From Acidimicrobiia bacterium (GTDB lineage: Bacteria; Actinomycetota; Acidimicrobiia; Spongiisociales; ZC4RG35), in NCBI GenBank assembly GCA_035544575.1, contig DATKEC010000117.1:11865-75864 (forward strand): 64,000 nt of DNA, read 5' to 3'. The notes beneath the pieces are model-generated. The model had not been told where the DNA came from. It ran no database searches and worked only from the letters and a program-made list of their open reading frames with translations. The translations under genes were made by a program, and so were the position numbers. Shown here piece after piece: positions 29,476 to 39,116 of the stretch. The number at the start of each line of letters is the position of its first letter. The first letter of the stretch is position 1.

Positions 29476-31122
29476 TCACCAGGCCGCGACGAGTCCATCC
29501 CGACGGGAGTCACTGCCGCCGGTGACAACGCCAGACGCGGCGACCGTCAAGAGCTGCCCGCCGCCGAAAAGGCGTGCCTCGTCGGACGATGCCAGCTCGA
29601 CGGTGTGACCCATGCGCTCGAGGGCAACGGCCGTCTCGGCCGCACCGGCCTCCAACCGGACTCGGTCCCCTTCGACATCGACACTGAACCGCGGAGCGTC
29701 GAGCGCCGCCTGCGGGGCCAACTCCTCGTCGACCAGACGCGAGAGCACCTGGATGTGCGCCTGGGCCTGTTGGAAGCCGCCCACGACGCCGAACACGGCC
29801 CACAGTCGGCCATCACTCAGCGCCATTGCGGGAATGATGGTGTGGAACGGCCGCGCACGCCCACGGAGAGCGGAAGGATGATGAGGATTCATCGAAAACA
29901 AGGATCCGCGGTTGTGCAGGATCACGCCGGTCCCCGGTACGACTAGCCCGGAACCGAAACCATGGAACAGACTGCTGATCATCGAGGCGCCGTTGCCGTG
30001 TTCGTCGACAACGGCAACGTAGGCAGTGTCCCGGGGCGCTCCGAAGGGCACGGTCGGCACCGGAACGACGGCCCGAGCGGGATCGATGCCCGACCGGACA
30101 TCCCGAATCCGATCAGGGTCGAGGCATGCGAGGGCTGCCTCGCGACCGTCGTCCGCCCCCAAGAAGGCGAACGCATCGCTGAGTCCGAGCTTCGTCGCTT
30201 CGACGACGAGGTGCGTCCACTCGGGACTGCCGACAACTCCGAACGGATCGAATCCGTCCAGAATCGCGGCAGCGACAAGTGCGGCTATCCCCTGGCCGTT
30301 CGGTGGGCATTCCATCAACTCGATATGCCGGTAGCTGGTTGAGATCGGGTCTGTCCACTCGCCCCTGTGTTCGCGCAGATCATCGTGGGTCAACCAACCC
30401 CCGAGGCTCGACGAGTACTCGATGATCCGGTCGGCAAGGTCGCCCATGTACACAACGTCGGGCCCACCGGATGCGATGGCCTCGAGCGTGGAGGCCAGTT
30501 GCGGCAATCGAGCGATCTCACCCGCACGGGGTGCCCGCCCCCCTATGAGAAGCCCGGACGCCGGCTCAGGAGAGACCAGCGTCGCTGCGCCCCGCTCCCA
30601 ACTCGCCGCCACTTCCGTTGGGACCGGAAAGCCCCGCGTGGCCAGGTCGATCGCCGGCGCCAGTGCGGCGTCGAGGGTGATCGTCCCGCGAGCGGCCAGG
30701 ATCTCGGCCCACGCGTTCACCGCCCCGGGAACCGTCACCGACAGCACTCCGTCTCGGCCGCTGACCGGCACGGACTGATGGCCCCGCGCGTGGAGGGCAT
30801 CCAGCGAGGCCGCGCGCGCCGAGCGCCCGCTCCCGTCGAAGACATGGGCTTGTCGATCCGAGGCCGACCACAGCATGGCGAACAGGTCCCCGCCGATTCC
30901 CGACATCATCGGTTCGACGACACCCAGCGCGGCCGTGGCAGCGACGGCTGCATCCACGGCGTTGCCGCCCGACTGGAGAATCCGCAATCCCACCTGCGCC
31001 GCCTGCGGGCTGCTGGTGGCGACTGCGCCCCGCGCCGACGACACAGACGAACGCCCCCTCATCCCACCCGCCGGCAACCCGCTCCACCGCCGCCAAGCGC
31101 ATCCAGACGATGCGACAGCCAT
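29476..31122 (-). CDS. Gamma-glutamyltransferase family protein. The start is probably the internal ATG near 31062.
   Basis: N-terminus VATSSPQAAQVGLRILQSGGNAVDAAVAATAALGVVEPMMSGIGGD is typical of GGT. Confidence 0.85.
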   Translation of the reverse strand: MAVASSGCAWRRWSGLPAGGMRGRSSVSSARGAVATSSPQAAQVGLRILQSGGNAVDAAVAATAALGVVEPMMSGIGGDLFAMLWSASDRQAHVFDGSGRSARAASLDALHARGHQSVPVSGRDGVLSVTVPGAVNAWAEILAARGTITLDAALAPAIDLATRGFPVPTEVAASWERGAATLVSPEPASGLLIGGRAPRAGEIARLPQLASTLEAIASGGPDVVYMGDLADRIIEYSSSLGGWLTHDDLREHRGEWTDPISTSYRHIELMECPPNGQGIAALVAAAILDGFDPFGVVGSPEWTHLVVEATKLGLSDAFAFLGADDGREAALACLDPDRIRDVRSGIDPARAVVPVPTVPFGAPRDTAYVAVVDEHGNGASMISSLFHGFGSGLVVPGTGVILHNRGSLFSMNPHHPSALRGRARPFHTIIPAMALSDGRLWAVFGVVGGFQQAQAHIQVLSRLVDEELAPQAALDAPRFSVDVEGDRVRLEAGAAETAVALERMGHTVELASSDEARLFGGGQLLTVAASGVVTGGSDSRRDGLVAAW

Positions 31123-31149
31123 CCCCGAGTAGCGAGCCGGTTCACGCGA

Positions 31150-32121
31150 CTAGAACCAGGCGGCCTTGTCGACCACGTTGAGGAGCGGTTCTCCCGCACC
31201 GAACCGTGAGGCGTTGTCGGCGAGCACGGCGAACCGTCGCTCGTCGACGTACGGCCCAGCAACGGCGACGTGCGGCGTGAGGAGCACATTGGACATGGCC
31301 CACAACGGATGTTCCGTCGGCAGGGGTTCCTCCTCGAATACGTCGAGCCCGGCACCGGCGATCTCTCCCCGCTCGAGCGCCGAGACCAGATCGTCCAGTC
31401 GCACTGTCATGCCTCTACCGATGTTCACGAGATGGGCTGTCGACTTCATCATCGAGAGCCGGCGAGCATTGAACATGCCTTCCGTCTCCGGGGTGTGGGG
31501 CACGGTCAGTACGACAAAGTCTGCCTCGGGGATCAGACGATCGAGCTCGGCCGGCGGCGCCACCTCGTCAACCACGGGTGATCCATCTGTCACTCGGGCG
31601 TCGGTGGCGATCACTCTCGATCCGAACGTCTTCATCATTCTGGCGATCTCCGACCCGATGCCGCCGAGGCCCACCACCAGCACCGTCGCCTCGGGCAAAT
31701 GCACGACACCCTCGGCAGTCCGAATGGGATCCCATCTCCCTCGAGCCTGTTCGAGGACGTAGCGTGGGAACCCTCGTGCCAGCGCCAGCACCATCGCCAC
31801 CGCATGAGTGGCGACATGGTCGTTGTAGATCCCGCGGAAGTTCGTGACGACCACGGGGTGGGCCACCAGCGCATCGAAGAAGAAGCCGGCAGGCGGTGCG
31901 GCGGCCGGAGCCTGCAGCCAGCTCAGCCGCCTCGCCGCTTCGAGCTGAGCCCTCGACAAGGTGCCATAGGCAGCTTCGGCGTCGGCCAGCGCGGCGATCG
32001 CCTCCGCGTCGGACTCGGCTACCACGACCGACACTTCGGGCAGCCCTTCGCTGATCTGTTCCGCCCACCGACGGGTCAGCTCGTCCTGCGGCGGAAGCAT
32101 GACCAGCCGGTAGCCGCTCAC
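31150..32121 (-). CDS. D-isomer-specific 2-hydroxyacid dehydrogenase family protein.
   Basis: NAD-binding and catalytic domains are present. ATGA overlap with the upstream PTE-family gene. Confidence 0.8.
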   Translation of the reverse strand: MSGYRLVMLPPQDELTRRWAEQISEGLPEVSVVVAESDAEAIAALADAEAAYGTLSRAQLEAARRLSWLQAPAAAPPAGFFFDALVAHPVVVTNFRGIYNDHVATHAVAMVLALARGFPRYVLEQARGRWDPIRTAEGVVHLPEATVLVVGLGGIGSEIARMMKTFGSRVIATDARVTDGSPVVDEVAPPAELDRLIPEADFVVLTVPHTPETEGMFNARRLSMMKSTAHLVNIGRGMTVRLDDLVSALERGEIAGAGLDVFEEEPLPTEHPLWAMSNVLLTPHVAVAGPYVDERRFAVLADNASRFGAGEPLLNVVDKAAWF

Positions 32122-33035
32122 GACGGAAAGCTGAACAGCTGTCGCGGATTTTCGATGGTCATCGCGTCGATGTCCTCTCCGCTCAGCCCGCGGTCGCGTA
32201 GCAGTGGAAGGAAGCCGGTGATCACGTGGTCGTATCCCTGTCCTCCGTAGGCACGCAGGGCTCCGCGTTTGCCGACGTCGGTCGACAGGAGGATGCGGTC
32301 ACGGTGGCCTCGTCCGATGAGTTCAACGATCGCATCGGCTCTCTGCTCGTCGGATTGTTTGTCCAGTTGACCGATGGCGTCATACGCGATCCACACACCG
32401 AAACGGACGAGCTCCTCGTGGTAGTCCACATCGGGCGTCGTGTCGACGTGACCGATGACGAGCTTGTCGAGGTCTGCGCCAGCGTCGGCGAACGCCCGCG
32501 CCTGCTCCATGCCGATGCGCGTGAACAGGGCGTGAGTGGAGATCGGGACTTGGGTCTCCCGCTGGGCCGCGGCGCACGCTCGGATGACGCGTGCCTCCGC
32601 CGGCGAGATCGCCCGATGGTGGGTTCCGATCTCCCCGATGATCCCGGCGACCACATCCGTACCTGCGAAGCCCTCGGTGAGGTCGCTCACAAGCAGGCGG
32701 ACGATCTCCGTCTCACTCATGTCCGCTAGCCAAGGCGGATGAAACCGCTCCCAATAGAACCCGGTACCGGCAACGATGTTCACCCCGGCATCTGCCGCCA
32801 CCTCCCGAAGAAGCTCGGGGTCGCCGTTCAGCCCGTGAACGGTCTGATCCACGATCGTCCGCCCGCCCTTCTCTCGGTAGACGGCGAGTTCGTCACGCGC
32901 CACCTGGGCATCGCTCAGGATCATGTGCGAGTTGAGCGTGATGTCGTAGAGGTCGTGGAACACGTGCTCGTGCGGCAGCGTGAAGCCCAATTCAGCGGGA
33001 GCGATCTCCCCCAACACCGTTTGTACGTTTCTCAC
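32118..33035 (-). CDS. Phosphotriesterase-family (PTE-homology) metal-dependent hydrolase, paralog 1.
   Basis: N-terminal LPHEHV motif and a TIM barrel. GAGGAGGGG RBS upstream. Confidence 0.8.
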   Translation of the reverse strand: MRNVQTVLGEIAPAELGFTLPHEHVFHDLYDITLNSHMILSDAQVARDELAVYREKGGRTIVDQTVHGLNGDPELLREVAADAGVNIVAGTGFYWERFHPPWLADMSETEIVRLLVSDLTEGFAGTDVVAGIIGEIGTHHRAISPAEARVIRACAAAQRETQVPISTHALFTRIGMEQARAFADAGADLDKLVIGHVDTTPDVDYHEELVRFGVWIAYDAIGQLDKQSDEQRADAIVELIGRGHRDRILLSTDVGKRGALRAYGGQGYDHVITGFLPLLRDRGLSGEDIDAMTIENPRQLFSFPS

Positions 33036-33068
33036 CAGCTAGCCCCTCCTCTGGGGTCGAGTCCTCGG

Positions 33069-33845
33069 TCAGTACATGACCGACGCACCACTCACATTGA
33101 TCGTCGCTCCGCTGATGAAACTGGCGTGACGGGAGGCGAGAAACACCACGACAGCAGCCACCTCCTCGGGCTGACCGATCCGCCCCAGCGGACAGGCCTG
33201 GATCCCCGCCTCCACCATCTCGGCGGGGTTGTCGACGTGCTGCATCGGCGTGTCGATCTGTCCGGGCGACACGGTGTTCACGAGGATGCCGTGCGGGCCG
33301 AAATGCTTGGCGAATCCCCTCGCCATCGAGACCACGCCTCCTTTGGAAGCAACGTAGGCGTGACTACCGGAGGCGGGTCCGGTCAGCCACGCGCCGGACG
33401 TGAAGTTGATGATTCGTCCGCCGTCGCCGGCCTCCACCATCGCGTTCCCGACCGCCCGGTTCAGGAAGAAGCCCGACTTGAGGTTGACATCGAGTTGCAG
33501 GTCCCAATCATCCTCCGTCACGTCGTCCACGGGCTGGCGGCGTAGGACGGCTGCGACATGGGCGAGCGTCCACAACGACCCAACCGCGTCTTTCGCCTGC
33601 TCGACGAGATGCGGTATCGCCCCGATGTCGCGCAGGTCGAATCCGATGGCTACATGCCGATCGGGCGTGCCGATCTCGGCAATCGTCTGACGGACGCCTT
33701 GCTCGTCGCGATCGACCGCCACCACCCGCGCTCCGGCGCCAGCCATCGCCTTCGCCGTCGCTCGGCCGATCCCGCTGGCCGCTCCCGTGACGATCACCCC
33801 ACGGTCATCGAGACCCGCGCCGAGATTCCATCCACTGTCCGTCAT
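33069..33845 (-). CDS. SDR-family oxidoreductase.
   Basis: Glycine-rich NAD(P)-binding motif TGAASGIGRA. Confidence 0.85.
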   Translation of the reverse strand: MTDSGWNLGAGLDDRGVIVTGAASGIGRATAKAMAGAGARVVAVDRDEQGVRQTIAEIGTPDRHVAIGFDLRDIGAIPHLVEQAKDAVGSLWTLAHVAAVLRRQPVDDVTEDDWDLQLDVNLKSGFFLNRAVGNAMVEAGDGGRIINFTSGAWLTGPASGSHAYVASKGGVVSMARGFAKHFGPHGILVNTVSPGQIDTPMQHVDNPAEMVEAGIQACPLGRIGQPEEVAAVVVFLASRHASFISGATINVSGASVMY

Positions 33846-33869
33846 GCATTTCCCTCCTGAGCCCGGCGA

Positions 33870-34829
33870 TCAGCCGCGACTCACGTATTCGTCCAGTCGC
33901 CTGCCGTCGACCACCCGGTTCACCCAAGGAGTCTCCTCCCCCTGGAACGCGCGCAGGTTCTGTCGAAAGATGCGGGCGAGCCGCTCGCCGTATCGCGGAG
34001 TGTCGCCCGCCGAGTGGGGGGTGATCACGACATTGTTCATGTCCCACAGCGGCGAGTCCGACGGGAGCGGCTCGGTTTCGAAGACGTCGAGTCCCGCACC
34101 TCGCAGCCTTCCTCCCGCCAGAGCGTCGATGAGGGCAGCCTCATCGACAACGCTCCCGCGGCCGACGTTGATCACATAACCGTGACCAAGCGCCTCCAAC
34201 TCCTCCGCGCCGATCAGGTGACGGGTCTCCGACGACCCAGGGATCGTGATCACGAGAATGTCCGACAGCCTGCACATCTCGAGCAGTTCACCGGGCCCGA
34301 ACACCCGGGGAACCACACCGTTGTAATCGTTTGGGTGCCGCTTGAACCCGAGCAGGTCGACATCCCAGCCCTGTGCGCGTCTGGCGAACGCCTCGCCTAT
34401 TGTCCCCAGGCCCACGATCCCGATCGTGCTTCCCGCCAACTCGGGTCCTTCGCGCATGATCCACTCGTGCCGCATCCCGTCCCGGACGGCGTCGGCGATC
34501 CTCCTGGTGAGTGCGAGCAGCAGCCCGAACGCACCCTCCGCCACGCTCACGTGAACACCCGTGGCGGTCGTGAGCGCGACATCTTCTTGCTCGAACAACT
34601 CGAGCGGGTACTGCTCGAATCCGGCGCCCACGCCCTGAATCCAGGCCAGGGAGGGTTTGAGAAAGCGGTCGCGCCAGGTGTAGGTGAGGAGGATCTGGGC
34701 ACCGTCGGCGAGGGCGGCTTCGACTTCATCGTCACTCGACGCCTCGATGAGCTCCACGTCTGGTGTCGCCCTGACTTCTTCAACGAGCCCGGTGACACTC
34801 GCTGGATGTAGCACTGCCCGAATCGTCAT
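33870..34829 (-). CDS. D-isomer-specific 2-hydroxyacid dehydrogenase, second paralog. Real start at 34829 (MTIRAVL...).
   Basis: Motifs GIVGLGTIGEAFARR and VINVGRGSVVDEAALIDAL. GAGGAG RBS before 34829. Confidence 0.8.
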   Translation of the reverse strand: MTIRAVLHPASVTGLVEEVRATPDVELIEASSDDEVEAALADGAQILLTYTWRDRFLKPSLAWIQGVGAGFEQYPLELFEQEDVALTTATGVHVSVAEGAFGLLLALTRRIADAVRDGMRHEWIMREGPELAGSTIGIVGLGTIGEAFARRAQGWDVDLLGFKRHPNDYNGVVPRVFGPGELLEMCRLSDILVITIPGSSETRHLIGAEELEALGHGYVINVGRGSVVDEAALIDALAGGRLRGAGLDVFETEPLPSDSPLWDMNNVVITPHSAGDTPRYGERLARIFRQNLRAFQGEETPWVNRVVDGRRLDEYVSRG

Positions 34830-34884
34830 GCACACTCCTCTGACGCCTATCAGCTCGACGCCGCGGCTGGATCGACCATCGCAG

Positions 34885-34900
34885 CCTAGAATCGATTCCA
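34885..34900. promoter_or_regulatory. Candidate operator cctagaatcgattcca (palindromic GAATCGATTC core) in the divergent region.
   Basis: Read directly from the sequence. It sits between the start of the 2-HADH operon and the cupin gene. Confidence 0.4.
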
Positions 34901-34951
34901 ATATCTCGCCACATGGTTGAATCGCACCACCGAACAACCGAGGAGCAGCTC

Positions 34952-35410
34952 ATGACCACGTCATCGCCCGATGGAGATTCCCTCGCAGGAACCCAAAGTC
35001 GCGGGGAGTATCCGGCCACCAAGATGCACTTCTCGGAACTGACTGCCGAGGTTCTCCATGCGTTGAAACATGGAGACAGCGGCGACGCCCGGGGCCACGA
35101 CGGCCGCGTGATCGCGGTCAAGACCACCCCCGCCCGCGGCACCGCCTCCTCCATCGTCGTGGGGGCGGCGGCGCTCCCTCCCGGTTACAGCACACCCGCG
35201 CACCATCATCTCGCGGAAGAAGTCGCCGTCGTCATGTCGGGCAGCGGACACGTCGAGATCGACGGCGACGTTCACACGGTGACCGAGGGGACCGTTCTGG
35301 TGACTCCCTCAAACTCGACCCACATCACGACTGCGGATGAGTCCGGTCCACTCGTGATCCTGTGGTTCTACTCCCCGCCTGGGAGCGAGACACGCTGGCT
35401 GCGGGACTGA
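34952..35410 (+). CDS. Cupin-domain protein.
   Basis: Real start at 34952 with a GAGGAG RBS. A His-rich cupin motif (PAHHHLAEE ... H) is present. Confidence 0.6.
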   Translation: MTTSSPDGDSLAGTQSRGEYPATKMHFSELTAEVLHALKHGDSGDARGHDGRVIAVKTTPARGTASSIVVGAAALPPGYSTPAHHHLAEEVAVVMSGSGHVEIDGDVHTVTEGTVLVTPSNSTHITTADESGPLVILWFYSPPGSETRWLRD

Positions 35411-35414
35411 GGTC

Positions 35415-36473
35415 TCAGCTCGGTCGGATGAGGTCGGGTGTGATCTCCTCGACCGTCCGTGCGCCACACAGCGCCATGGTCAACTCCAACTCCTCGGCGA
35501 GGTGTCGCAGAACCTGTTCGACACCGGACGCGCCGCCGACAGCCAGTCCCCACATCACCGGCCGACCAACGAGCACGACGTCGGCACCCAGGGCCAGCGC
35601 CTTGAACACGTCCCCACCGCGTCGAACCCCTCCATCCACCATCACCGTTGTGGCGCCTCCGACCGCGTCCCTCACCTCGGGAAGAGCCTCCATCGACGGG
35701 ATCACGGAATCGAGTTGACGCCCACCGTGGTTCGATACGATCACCGCCTCTGCCCCCTCGGCGGCCGCCCGGGCAGCGTCGTCAGCGCGCACGATCCCCT
35801 TCAGCATGAGCGGAAGATCGGTCAGCCCCCGCAGCCAACCAACGTCGTCCCACGTCAGGGACGGGTCCCACAGTTCGGTGGCGCCGGCGCCGGCTGCCGC
35901 CGGCGGTGTGAGGCCGTAGAACGGCTCGTGGCCCGCAGCGAACCACTCCGGACGGACTTCGAATCCGTGACGGCGCTCGGCGATCCGTCCACCCACGACG
36001 GGCGCGTCGACGGTCACCACCAATCCGCTACAGCCCGCCGCCTGAGCTCGGTGGAGCACCTCGGCCGTGCGAACCCGATCCTTCCCTACGTACGCCTGGA
36101 ACCACACCGGACCCGACGCGGCGGCCATCACCTCCTCGACCGGTAGCGACGATCCGAGGCTGAGCACCAGGATCGTGCCCGCCGCCGCGGCTGCGCGGGC
36201 TGTGGCCCGTTCACCGTCGGCGTGCGAGATCCGGTGCATCGCGGTGGGGGCCAGGATCACGGGGAGGTCGATCTCGTGGCCGAGCACCGAGGTCTTCGTC
36301 GACCGGTGAGAAACGTCGACCAGTACCTTCGGGAGCAGCCGAATCGCATCGAACGCGGCGGCATTGGCATCCCGCGTCCTCCCCTCACCGGCGGCGCCTG
36401 AAACGAACGCGGCCCCCGATGGACCAAGGATGTCAACTGCCGCCGCTTCGAAGTCAGCGAGCGTCAGCAGCAT
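35415..36473 (-). CDS. FMN-dependent alpha-hydroxy acid dehydrogenase/oxidase (lactate/glycolate oxidase family).
   Basis: Real start at 36473 (MLLTLADFEAAA...). The ORF-track upstream extension is junk. Family motifs are present. Confidence 0.8.
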   Translation of the reverse strand: MLLTLADFEAAAVDILGPSGAAFVSGAAGEGRTRDANAAAFDAIRLLPKVLVDVSHRSTKTSVLGHEIDLPVILAPTAMHRISHADGERATARAAAAAGTILVLSLGSSLPVEEVMAAASGPVWFQAYVGKDRVRTAEVLHRAQAAGCSGLVVTVDAPVVGGRIAERRHGFEVRPEWFAAGHEPFYGLTPPAAAGAGATELWDPSLTWDDVGWLRGLTDLPLMLKGIVRADDAARAAAEGAEAVIVSNHGGRQLDSVIPSMEALPEVRDAVGGATTVMVDGGVRRGGDVFKALALGADVVLVGRPVMWGLAVGGASGVEQVLRHLAEELELTMALCGARTVEEITPDLIRPS

Positions 36474-36488
36474 TCGCCGATCGTACCT

Positions 36489-36518
36489 GGATACGATTCT
36501 TGGATACGATTCCAATCG
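36489..36518. promoter_or_regulatory. Direct repeat of GGATACGATTC (2 copies) followed by CAATCG. Candidate operator in the divergent region.
   Basis: The sequence ggatacgattc tt ggatacgattc caatcg was read directly. Confidence 0.4.
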
Positions 36519-36678
36519 TCCATGATTGCGCGACCTGACTGTCCAAACGATGTGGTTGGCCCTCGGACCGGGCCAGCCACCTCCGACGCTGTGAGCGAGG
36601 AGCCCCAATGGCACCACCAGAACCACCGACTCCGCCCCTGCGGACGAGAGATCGGGTGGATCTAGGGAGACGACACAG

Positions 36679-37575
36679 GTGAATCGGGGATCCTGGGCGG
36701 CGCTCTGGGCGCTGAGCGTCGGTTGGGGAACTGTCGGCGTGGCAACGCGTGCGGCGCTCGAGAACGGGGTCGGCAGCCTCACCATCGTCGCCGGGCGCCT
36801 CGTCATCGCCACCGCTCTCGTCGCCGCCGCCCAGTTGTTCCTGCGGCGCCGGATGTCGTGGGATCCGACCCTCGTTCGGACGGGGACGGTCATGGCCATC
36901 GTCGGTGTGGCGATGCCGTACGTGCTCTTCAACTACGCCTACAAGTACGCCTCGGCTGGATTCGTTGGACTGATGGCGGCGCTGGCACCGCTGGGCACCG
37001 CCATCTTCGCCCACTTTCTGCTACCCGGTGAGAGGATCGGCCGCCGCCGGCTGTTCGGATTGAGTTTGGCCATCGCCGGCGTTGCCGTGCTGCTCTTGGC
37101 AGGAGACAGTGGGCTGGCGGTCGGCGGTCGGCCATCGCTGGCGATCGCTTGGTCGATACCGGGCGTGGCGGCGTTCTCCTTCTCCACGGTGTACGCCAAG
37201 CGCCAGACCGCGTCACTCGCCGGATTCGACGTGTTGGTCGTCCAGTTCGCGGTGGCGACGGCCCTGATGCTTGCCCCGACCTTCCTGATGGAGGGAGTGC
37301 CTCGCCTCGACGCCGAATCGTGGTGGCTCCTCGTTTACCTGGCGATCGGCTCCACCGTCGTCCCGCTGATGCTGTTCTACTGGGTGCTCCAGCGAAACAC
37401 CGCTGCCCAGACGGCGTTGGTCGGCTTCATCGTTCCACTCGTCGCGGTCATCGCCGGCGTCGTGCTCATGAGCGAGAAGGTCGGAACGGGTCTCATCCTC
37501 GGAGGCGCCGCCATCATCACGGGGGTGATCGTCGCGGACAGAAGCGGGCGTGATGCCACCACCGTCCCAGCTTGA
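36679..37575 (+). CDS. DMT-superfamily (EamA-like) transporter.
   Basis: GTG start with a GGGAGA RBS. About 10 predicted TM helices in two EamA-like halves. Confidence 0.75.
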   Translation: MNRGSWAALWALSVGWGTVGVATRAALENGVGSLTIVAGRLVIATALVAAAQLFLRRRMSWDPTLVRTGTVMAIVGVAMPYVLFNYAYKYASAGFVGLMAALAPLGTAIFAHFLLPGERIGRRRLFGLSLAIAGVAVLLLAGDSGLAVGGRPSLAIAWSIPGVAAFSFSTVYAKRQTASLAGFDVLVVQFAVATALMLAPTFLMEGVPRLDAESWWLLVYLAIGSTVVPLMLFYWVLQRNTAAQTALVGFIVPLVAVIAGVVLMSEKVGTGLILGGAAIITGVIVADRSGRDATTVPA

Positions 37576-37576
37576 T

Positions 37577-38341
37577 TTAGCGGGTGGCGGTCCATCCTCC
37601 GTCGACGTACCACGTCTGACCGGTCACATACCGTGCCCGGTCGGACAGGAGGAAGGTGACGACCTCCGCGATCTCATCAGGTGACGCGAACCGCCCCAGC
37701 GGTGTACGCGCATTGTCGGCATCGACGTCGAGGAGGCCTGCGGCAAGCCACTGGTCGTAAAACTCCGTTCGGGTCTGGCCCGGTCCGACCGCATTCACGC
37801 GCACACCGTGTGGAGCGAGTTCCACCGCCAGCACACGAGTGAGGGCGTTGATTCCTGCCTTGGCGGCCGCATATGCCGGACGGCGAGGAAACACTGTCTC
37901 GGCGGCCATCGACGATATGGACACGATGTCGCCACCGTCGGACGTGGCCATGTGCGCTCCGAACACGGAACTGCACAGGTACGCCGAGAACAGATTGATA
38001 CGGATGGTCCGGTCCCATTCGTCGTCCGTGGACTCGAGCGCCGGCTTGTTCAGCCGCAGACCGGCGTTGTTGACGAGGACGTCGACCCGTCCGAACCGAT
38101 CCAAGGTGGCGTCCAGACAGGCACGGACGCTGTCTTCGTCCCCCACGTCGAGCGGGAATCCCAGCGCAGCGATCCCCGACTCGTCCAAGGAACGAACGGC
38201 CTCGGCGGCCGCGGCATCGTCGATGTCGCCGATGACGACCGCGCCCCCGCGCCCTCCGAACATCCGGGCACAGGCCCGGCCGATTCCTCGACCCCCTCCG
38301 GTGACGAGGGCGACTTTCCCCGTGAACTCCAGGTCGGACAT
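37577..38341 (-). CDS. SDR-family oxidoreductase. Real start at 38341 (MSDLEFTGKVALVTGGGRGIG).
   Basis: TGxxxGIG motif. The upstream ORF-track extension is Arg-rich junk. Confidence 0.85.
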   Translation of the reverse strand: MSDLEFTGKVALVTGGGRGIGRACARMFGGRGGAVVIGDIDDAAAAEAVRSLDESGIAALGFPLDVGDEDSVRACLDATLDRFGRVDVLVNNAGLRLNKPALESTDDEWDRTIRINLFSAYLCSSVFGAHMATSDGGDIVSISSMAAETVFPRRPAYAAAKAGINALTRVLAVELAPHGVRVNAVGPGQTRTEFYDQWLAAGLLDVDADNARTPLGRFASPDEIAEVVTFLLSDRARYVTGQTWYVDGGWTATR

Positions 38342-39027
38342 CACTCGCGTCGCCACCCATGGGCCAGCCAGCCGGCATCCACCGCGAAGACATGACCGGT
38401 GACGGCTCCCAGGTCCGGAGCTGACAGGCTGGCCACGGCGGCGGCTACATCGTCGTCGTCGACCAATCGACCGAGTGGCAACACACCCGGGACTCCGTCG
38501 AGCGACCCACCAGCGGGTTGCCAGGATTCGGTAGGCCCCACCATCACCACGTTCACCCTGACGCCCGCTGCACCCCATTCAGCGGCCAATGCCTTGCTGG
38601 CCGCGACGAGCCCGGCGGAGACACAGGCCTCCATCGCGCGTCCAGGCAACCCGACGCCGGCGGTGGCGGAGACGACGTTGAGGATGTGAAGAGAGCTTCC
38701 GCTTTCGATGGAGACGCGCGCCGCTTCGCGGCATGCAGAGAACGTACTGTTCAGTCCTTCGTCGAGTGCGGCCGCGAAACCGCGCACCCCGGCGACCACC
38801 GGAACCCGTTCGAACTCGCAGAGGTTGTTGACCAGCAACGTCGCGCCGGCGGTGAACGCATCAGTCACGACATCCGAGACGGTGCCGCGTCCGAAGTCTG
38901 TCTGGGCGATCCGACGCACGTCGAATCCGTCGCGTTCGAGCCGGCGACAAATGGCGGGACCCGCGCCCACGTCGGCACGGAGAACTACCGCGCGTTGTCT
39001 GTGCTGAAACCCTCGGTCGTCAGCCAT
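38341..39027 (-). CDS. Atypical SDR-like protein (divergent or absent glycine motif).
   Basis: 228 aa with the SDR C-terminal pattern. Its stop overlaps the downstream SDR start. Confidence 0.5.
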   Translation of the reverse strand: MADDRGFQHRQRAVVLRADVGAGPAICRRLERDGFDVRRIAQTDFGRGTVSDVVTDAFTAGATLLVNNLCEFERVPVVAGVRGFAAALDEGLNSTFSACREAARVSIESGSSLHILNVVSATAGVGLPGRAMEACVSAGLVAASKALAAEWGAAGVRVNVVMVGPTESWQPAGGSLDGVPGVLPLGRLVDDDDVAAAVASLSAPDLGAVTGHVFAVDAGWLAHGWRRE

Positions 39028-39063
39028 TTGCGATCTTCCCCATTGCTACTGGGATTCCGGGTC

Positions 39064-39077
39064 TGGGAACGTTACCA
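39064..39077. promoter_or_regulatory. Candidate operator tgggaacgttacca (near-palindrome) upstream of the SDR/SDR/class IV aminotransferase operon.
   Basis: Its reverse complement tggtaacgttccca matches the box at 46836-46849. Confidence 0.45.
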
Positions 39078-39116
39078 CTGCTAGGGTCAACGGAGCCCGA
39101 ACGCGGGAGGAAATCG

